DNA of 53,131 bases, taken from assembly GCA_018238625.1 (NCBI GenBank), contig JABCSY010000015.1, forward strand, positions 1 to 53,131. Direction: 5' to 3'. The translations under genes and the position numbers were made by a program. The DNA is from Promethearchaeota archaeon (GTDB lineage: Archaea; Asgardarchaeota; Lokiarchaeia; Sigyniarchaeales; SOKP01). This document shows positions 47,457-53,131 of the stretch, one piece after another. The notes below the pieces were generated by a model. The model was not told where the DNA came from and searched no databases. It worked only from the letters and a program-made list of their open reading frames with translations. How positions within the stretch are numbered: the first letter of the stretch is position 1; each line of letters opens with the position of its first letter.

Positions 47457-47933
47457 ATGATGTATAATAATATGGAAGATTTACCGCCTGAATACGAAAA
47501 AGACCTAAACATATTGGAAAACCAAATTACAGAATTATTTACTCTTCTAGAAAAAAAAGAAATACAATTATATCAATTAAAAGACGAGAACGAAGAATTA
47601 AGAACTCGAATTAAGAACCTACAGCAACAATTAAATCCACCTCAACAACAATTAAATCCACCTCAACAACAATTAAATCTACCTCAACAACAATTAAGTC
47701 CACCTCAACCTACAAATCAACAAATGGATACAATTAGAGTACCTAATCAGCAAATATCTCTAACAACCTCACCTAGCACCATTGTTTCTACTAATAAAAG
47801 AAAATGTCCTAAATGCGGAGCAATGGGTTTCGCCATCAAAGAAGTTAATGACAAAACGCGTTTGATTAGCTACGTGCCAAGAAGAATTTACGCGAAGAAA
47901 CGCGTCTGCACTAAGTGTAGGTATGAGTTCTAA
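47457..47933 (+). CDS. Coiled-coil, Q/P-repeat and Zn-ribbon hypothetical protein
   Basis: N-terminal heptads; QQQLNPP-type repeats; CPKC...CTKC. Confidence 0.8.
   Translation: MMYNNMEDLPPEYEKDLNILENQITELFTLLEKKEIQLYQLKDENEELRTRIKNLQQQLNPPQQQLNPPQQQLNLPQQQLSPPQPTNQQMDTIRVPNQQISLTTSPSTIVSTNKRKCPKCGAMGFAIKEVNDKTRLISYVPRRIYAKKRVCTKCRYEF
47622..47705 (+). repeat. 4 x 21-nt in-frame tandem repeat
   Basis: ca(g/a)caacaattaa(a/g)tc(c/t)acct units at 47622, 47643, 47664 and 47685. Confidence 0.92.
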
Positions 47934-47942
47934 ATCGTACAA

Positions 47943-48659
47943 TTAAATTCTGTTTTTCCACCAATAGGGAGCATTCATCGAGATAAATCGATCTTTAACA
48001 AACAGCTTAATTTTATTTTCGGTTAAAGTGAATGCGATCCCACCTAAAAAGGGAACCCATTCCACATCAGGAGGTATTCCAAACCATCCGAATCGTAATG
48101 CCATTAAAAAAACATCGTGTGTTATGTGAATGTCGATTCCTTTTTCTGGAGCATCGTTGATACCGTTCCAAATAATTTCTGCCGCCTTTTGACAGTACAT
48201 TTGAAGTGGAGATATTAAATCTGGAGAATAGAGGCCGACAGCCCAACGAAACATAAAATCAAGATGAGAATTTTTCATATTAATATCTTGGAAAAATTTT
48301 GGAGCAGTCCCCGCAAAAAATAACGGCGTAAGTACCCCTTTTATCTCGCCATTTCCTCCAGTCTCTTCGAATCCAGTTAAAATATCTTTTGCCGTTTCTT
48401 GACAGCGGCCTACAGGGCTATGGTATAGCCTGATTGCTCGCTCATTAGGTAATTTTTGACCAAATATCTTAGCTACTTGATGTCCTTGAGGTGTTAACCT
48501 TAGTTCATGCATTTTCACTAATTCAGTAGGATCGTTTCTGTGGGAATGTCGCAGAATTAAAATTATCTTCGAATCTACTGGAAATTTTTTGAGAGCTTTA
48601 ACGATATTACGAGCCTGTACGGTCCATTCAGCGCTTTCCCAAATGTCTTCTTTACACAT
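47943..48659 (-). CDS. Histidine phosphatase superfamily protein
   Basis: LRHS, LTPQG, SPVGRCQETA, ITHD. Confidence 0.88.
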   Translation of the reverse strand: MCKEDIWESAEWTVQARNIVKALKKFPVDSKIILILRHSHRNDPTELVKMHELRLTPQGHQVAKIFGQKLPNERAIRLYHSPVGRCQETAKDILTGFEETGGNGEIKGVLTPLFFAGTAPKFFQDINMKNSHLDFMFRWAVGLYSPDLISPLQMYCQKAAEIIWNGINDAPEKGIDIHITHDVFLMALRFGWFGIPPDVEWVPFLGGIAFTLTENKIKLFVKDRFISMNAPYWWKNRI

Positions 48660-48728
48660 CTTACATAGTTAAAAATTATAAAATTAAAAAAGTTATTTCA
48701 TGCTTAGAAGAAAAATAGAGATTAGATT

Positions 48729-49268
48729 CTATTTTATATTGCCATAAATCAACATTTTGTCAATTATAGTTTGAAATAGCAAATCCACATTTTCTCCGGT
48801 TTTCGAAGAACATTCGATGTAATCAAATTCTTCTCGCACTGTAAGCATATCTTCAACATCCTTCTTGCTCAAAGATCGTTTTTCTTCTAGATCTAATTTT
48901 CCACCAACTACAATTAATGGAAATTTTGGGTCACGATCGTTCAGTCCTTCGTCAAACGTCAAAAGCCATTTATCTATATTCGTAATACTATCTCTATTAG
49001 AAATGTCGCACATAAAAATAGCTGCAGAAGATCCTTTAGCATAGCTAGGTAAAAGAGATCTAAACCTTTCCTCTCCGGCAAAATCCCATATTTGAAGTGT
49101 TATTCTCATAGTTTCCGTTTCTATGAATTTCATCAAAATAGCCGCTCCTAAAGTTGACTTTAGGTCATGATCAAATTTAGCAGTAATATAACGGTTGATC
49201 AATGTTGATTTACCAACACTTGAATCTCCAAATACACACATTTTAAACGCAAGATTAAGTTTTTCCAT
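48729..49268 (-). CDS. Rab-like small GTPase
   Basis: GDSSVGKS, STLG, QIWDFAGEERFRSL, GKLD, CSSK. Confidence 0.92.
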   Translation of the reverse strand: MEKLNLAFKMCVFGDSSVGKSTLINRYITAKFDHDLKSTLGAAILMKFIETETMRITLQIWDFAGEERFRSLLPSYAKGSSAAIFMCDISNRDSITNIDKWLLTFDEGLNDRDPKFPLIVVGGKLDLEEKRSLSKKDVEDMLTVREEFDYIECSSKTGENVDLLFQTIIDKMLIYGNIK

Positions 49269-49514
49269 GAGTCAAATTCTCCACTTAAGGTCTGAATTAA
49301 CGCTGTAAGTTAATAAAAAATTTGTTAAATACTATTCTTATACCAAAGAGAAAGCAAGTATTATATACTTCTTCCGTATTCAATTAAAGATATATGAATT
49401 TAAAAAATTTACTACTTTGGCATTAAAATTGAGATTATTCTAAAGTTGAATAGAATTAAAAGATTTCTAGGTTGAAATTGTACCAGAGTTAAACATATGC
49501 TCCAATAAAAAATT

Positions 49515-50192
49515 CTAAAGATATGGTTGGTCTTTTATTTTTTTGCGAGCTCCGAATTTTTTTGCTTGGAAATTCCAACCTAGATTCCCCATTTTTGTAT
49601 ACAGGCTAATTGGCATGAACTTTTTTCCTACAAGCTCTATAGCTTCTTCTGGAATATTTTCTCCTTCAGATAAAGCTTGCGCTGCCATATCAAATCCTTT
49701 TTTAATATTTCGCACCATTCCTCCGCTTTCTTCTAAGGATTTACGCCCAAATACACCACCCATTCCAAGCATTAAAGCTCCTTTCCATTCAAATCCGACT
49801 TCACGAGCAAATATTTTACAAATCGATCCTGCAACATTATTATGTTGGGTTTCTGGAAAACCACAATTGATTATCGCGACAAATCCTTGTTTTTTCGGAT
49901 TGCTCATTGATTGTCTGTTCTCTGCAATGAGTTCCAACGCTTTAATGACCCCAGCAGGCAAACAATCGATGTAAAGAGGGAACGCTAAAATTATGAGATC
50001 AGCATCTTCCACCTTAGAAAGTAGTTTTTCCTGTCCATCTTCTTTCTTAACGAGTTTATAAAGATATTCCGTATCTACAGATAACCCTAATTCTTCTAAC
50101 CTTAAGGTAAAAGAGTTTCCAAGAGAAACAGAAGTGCTTAAGGAGCCCTTAGGACTACCAACAAGTAATAAAGCGTTTTCATATTTTTTCAT
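49515..50192 (-). CDS. Flavodoxin-fold NAD(P)H-dependent oxidoreductase
   Basis: GSPK...S, AFPLYIDCLP, NCGFPE. Confidence 0.85.
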   Translation of the reverse strand: MKKYENALLLVGSPKGSLSTSVSLGNSFTLRLEELGLSVDTEYLYKLVKKEDGQEKLLSKVEDADLIILAFPLYIDCLPAGVIKALELIAENRQSMSNPKKQGFVAIINCGFPETQHNNVAGSICKIFAREVGFEWKGALMLGMGGVFGRKSLEESGGMVRNIKKGFDMAAQALSEGENIPEEAIELVGKKFMPISLYTKMGNLGWNFQAKKFGARKKIKDQPYL

Positions 50193-50779
50193 AATATCAC
50201 CTCAACCTCCATTAGTGCTTTGTTGAAATTATTACTAAATTCTACCACATCTTCGCCATTTAAGTAAATTATAGCTCGCTGAAAGGGACTCCACATATTA
50301 ATAGCATTTCGAGCGACTAAAGATTTAAATACTTCTTCCTTTTCCGTATCGTGTTTGTCTAGAAGTCCTATACTTAGTAATGATTGCTGTTTTTCGTATC
50401 TCTTTGAGTGATGAACCTCTCCATTAACTTTCGTAAAATAAGGTAAAACTCGAGAGATTTGACGATCCAACGCCTTCTTCAGAATTGACGAGTAACCCCC
50501 AAAAACTATTGGAGTAATGTATATTATAAGATCGCTGTGAACCATTTCCCTTACAATGGTTTCTACATAATCCTTAATTACGCATTCACCGGGCGTTTGA
50601 ACCCAACATCCAAAACAACCAGTACAATAAGCAATTTTTTTATCTTCAAGAACTATTGAAGTCGCATCCCAATTTAACTTTTTAAGTTCTTTTAACATTA
50701 TTTCGTGAATCTTCGCCGATTCACTGTCGTCTGATTTACTTCCAATTAAAATTGACGCTTTCATTTTAGTTGTCAACAA
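50189..50779 (-). CDS. Iron-sulfur flavoprotein / flavodoxin-family protein
   Basis: CTGCFGCW..TPGEC..KD; TPIVFGGYS..LK..LDR; 4-nt overlap with the downstream gene. Confidence 0.88.
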   Translation of the reverse strand: MLTTKMKASILIGSKSDDSESAKIHEIMLKELKKLNWDATSIVLEDKKIAYCTGCFGCWVQTPGECVIKDYVETIVREMVHSDLIIYITPIVFGGYSSILKKALDRQISRVLPYFTKVNGEVHHSKRYEKQQSLLSIGLLDKHDTEKEEVFKSLVARNAINMWSPFQRAIIYLNGEDVVEFSNNFNKALMEVEVIL

Positions 50780-51144
50780 GATTTATTTTTGATTTATTTT
50801 AAATTTTATTTGATAATTGAAATCTATAATTTCTCAATTAATTTAAAAAAAGTGTAGACCAGTATTTATTTTATTTTTTTCCATCTTATCTATTTTATGT
50901 AATTTTAATTAAATAGTACTTGTCACTTAATAGTCTTATTTCATTTTTTGCAGACGTTAGTAATTAAGAGGCCTATATAACAATTACTAGCATATTTAAT
51001 TGGTTTATTAAAGTTCGAATGATCATTTTACCCCCAAATTTAACAAAAACGATGGTTTTTGGTGGTAAAAGGTTTAATAACAAAGAAGGTAGTTTTAATA
51101 TCAAAATTAAATTTTGAATCTTACTATAAAGGGTGTGAAATTAA

Positions 51145-51885
51145 ATGGCTCTTCCGAATATTGATATATTGAATGGCATTACCGGTCTAGAAATTATTCT
51201 TAGTGGTTATATATTAGGGCTTATCCTCATTTTCAAGCATGCAAGAAAAGCACCAAACAAAAAAGTTAAAAAAAACATTATGTTAAGCGGAATTGGTTTG
51301 ATCGCACTTTTTCAAGCGTGGTTTGGCGTCTCAGCAAGTTTTTCATTAATGATATTAGGATTTCCCCCATTAGGGTACCCAGATGGTGACCCAAATATTG
51401 GAGTTCTTGCATATGCATGGGGACCTGCTTTAGGAATACCTATTTGGGCGTATATCTCTTCGGATTTATACAAAGATGGGCGGTACAAAATCCCTATTAC
51501 GGGTATATTTGTAATACTGAGTTCTATATTTGCTTTTTTGATCTATACTTTCCCTTCAGTTTCTACTAAATGGAATGCATCACCAGGTGGTTTACCTGAA
51601 ACAGGGATTAGAGGTGCAGCAATGATAATGTTGGGACTGATGTTGGTTATTATGATGATATTTCTAGGACCTACTATTATTATGTCTGGGTTAAAACTGG
51701 ATGACAAAAGTGCTAAATTTAGGAGATTGTTGTTGGGTATAGGGATAACAATGGGAGCCTTTTTTGGAATTATTGATGCAGCATTAGGTATAGAAGAAAT
51801 TGGTTTGATAGGTTTAGCTATTGTTAAAGCCGGTATTTTTACGTCAATATTTCTAATTTATGAAGGAATAGACAAGGGAACATAA
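51145..51885 (+). CDS. 7TM membrane protein (sensor-like, no fused output domain)
   Basis: About 7 hydrophobic segments in 246 aa. Confidence 0.78.
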   Translation: MALPNIDILNGITGLEIILSGYILGLILIFKHARKAPNKKVKKNIMLSGIGLIALFQAWFGVSASFSLMILGFPPLGYPDGDPNIGVLAYAWGPALGIPIWAYISSDLYKDGRYKIPITGIFVILSSIFAFLIYTFPSVSTKWNASPGGLPETGIRGAAMIMLGLMLVIMMIFLGPTIIMSGLKLDDKSAKFRRLLLGIGITMGAFFGIIDAALGIEEIGLIGLAIVKAGIFTSIFLIYEGIDKGT

Positions 51886-51919
51886 AATAAATCAAATTTC
51901 AAAATAAATTATATAATTA

Positions 51920-53131
51920 ATGGATATAAAAAACGAGAAAGGGAAGAATAAGATGCAGATTGAAGATAAATTAGTTAAAAGTAAATCGTTAAAAATACGT
52001 ATCATTAGAACTATGGTGGCAAGTATTATAATTCCGTTTGTGATTTTGATGATAGCGTTAATTTTACTACTTAATTCCAATATCGACATGTATATCAACG
52101 AGTTTACAAGTTTGGATCTTAGTAATCTTATCGCACTAAGAATACCTTTAATTATTACATTCGTAATTGTCTCTATGATTATAATAATCGTTGTACTTTT
52201 TGGCATTATGCGCCTTTCTAATAGAATTACTGCTCCAATTATAGATTTAACTCATTCCATCGAAAATATTGCTGAGGGTGATTTATCTCAAGAAATTATG
52301 ATTGATGGAAGAATTAGGGGAAATGAAATTGGTATGCTCGCCCAATCCTTCCAAAATTTATTGGTTACAATGCGTTTGGGTAATGTCAGTTATTATCGTG
52401 GAGACATGACAGTAGCCTTTGCAAATTACAATGCAGCTTTAGAGTTATTCAGATCAACAAAGGAGGCCCATGGACAAGGAATGTGTTTAAATAATCTTGG
52501 AAACATATATCGGAATTGGGGTGATTTAAATAAAGCTAAAGAAGCGTATAACAAGGCAATTGAACTAGGTAAACAAACAGAAAATGTCGGGGGATTAAGT
52601 CCACGGTACAATAACCGGGGTCTTCTGTTCCTTTCAGAAGAAAAATACACAGAAGCTATGAACGATTTTAACAAAGCAATCGAGATTGATAAAGAAATGG
52701 GAGACGACGAAGGAATTGCTACGAGGAAACGAAATATTGGAGTACTCCACATGTTAAGAAATGAATTTGATCTCGCACAATCGAACCTTGATGAAGCGAT
52801 TCAGATTGATAGTAAATGGGAATATAATGTTGGATTAGCGGAAGATGAGTTTCAATTAGGCAGACTTTCTCTATTGAAAAACAATGAAGAACTGGCAATA
52901 GAACATTTTAAAGATTCTTTGAAATTTGCTGAGAGCCTTGGAAACTATCCCTTGATGAAAAATAATCTCGAATCGTTAGTAAAACTGTATGAAAATCAGG
53001 GAAATACAACATTCCATCACAAAGCAGAAAATGAACTTACGAAAGTGAACGATGTGTTAGTTCAAAAGAAAGATGTTATATTTGTTATTGACCAATCAGG
53101 GAGCATGCACGAATGGGACAAGATGGCAGCT
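51920..53131 (+). CDS. 2TM-HAMP-TPR-vWA protein (runs off window; not in ORF track)
   Basis: Manual translation from ATG 51920/51953: two TMs, HAMP ITAPIIDLTHSIENIAEGDLS...NEIGMLAQSF, TPRs (CLNNLGNIY, RYNNRG), DVIFVIDQSGSM MIDAS start. Confidence 0.88.
   Translation, partial: MDIKNEKGKNKMQIEDKLVKSKSLKIRIIRTMVASIIIPFVILMIALILLLNSNIDMYINEFTSLDLSNLIALRIPLIITFVIVSMIIIIVVLFGIMRLSNRITAPIIDLTHSIENIAEGDLSQEIMIDGRIRGNEIGMLAQSFQNLLVTMRLGNVSYYRGDMTVAFANYNAALELFRSTKEAHGQGMCLNNLGNIYRNWGDLNKAKEAYNKAIELGKQTENVGGLSPRYNNRGLLFLSEEKYTEAMNDFNKAIEIDKEMGDDEGIATRKRNIGVLHMLRNEFDLAQSNLDEAIQIDSKWEYNVGLAEDEFQLGRLSLLKNNEELAIEHFKDSLKFAESLGNYPLMKNNLESLVKLYENQGNTTFHHKAENELTKVNDVLVQKKDVIFVIDQSGSMHEWDKMAA

Noticed and set aside
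47622-47705. 21-nt repeats as a CRISPR array
   Set aside because: No spacers; in-frame coding repeat
732-49974. Many 60-143 aa ORFs antisense to or nested in larger genes (e.g. 9009, 22538, 23935, 29579, 49543)
   Set aside because: No motifs and fully overlapped by well-supported genes; similarity of 22538 and 23935 only reflects the sense-strand duplication
51145-51885. Lys in the last helix (LAIVKAG) suggesting a rhodopsin
   Set aside because: No helix-3 R(Y/W)xx(W/Y) motif and no DxxxK/SxxxK context
51892-52752. Two minus-strand ORFs (104 and 108 aa)
   Set aside because: Shadows of the plus-strand HAMP-TPR-vWA gene

Overview
AT-rich archaeal chromosomal window, most likely from an Asgard archaeon (Lokiarchaeia-like). 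Support: Arf- and Rab-like GTPases, longin/roadblock and uDENN-like proteins, an IPGY-TM-basic C-terminal anchor and GGTGA-type RBSs. It holds about 48 CDSs and one TnpB-only IS200/IS605-type element with both ends recognisable. I saw no rRNA, tRNA or CRISPR array. Main candidates: (1) a minus-strand cluster of a uDENN/longin-like gene, two paralogous 7TM proteins and an Arf GTPase-longin fusion; (2) a split PEP-synthase/dikinase-like system (stand-alone ATP-grasp, stand-alone phospho-His swivel, two duplicated unknown ~455-aa proteins) beside duplicated FAD oxidases, ADC-family proteins and a CCG Fe-S protein; (3) apparent near-cognate starts (ACG/ATT/ATC/ATA) behind strong RBSs in at least 5 genes; (4) a possible micro-ORF/sRNA unit; (5) a 2TM-HAMP-TPR-vWA protein; (6) a DsrEFH/TusA/MoaD/MoeB sulfur relay. 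All domain calls come from reading motifs by eye; no searches were run.
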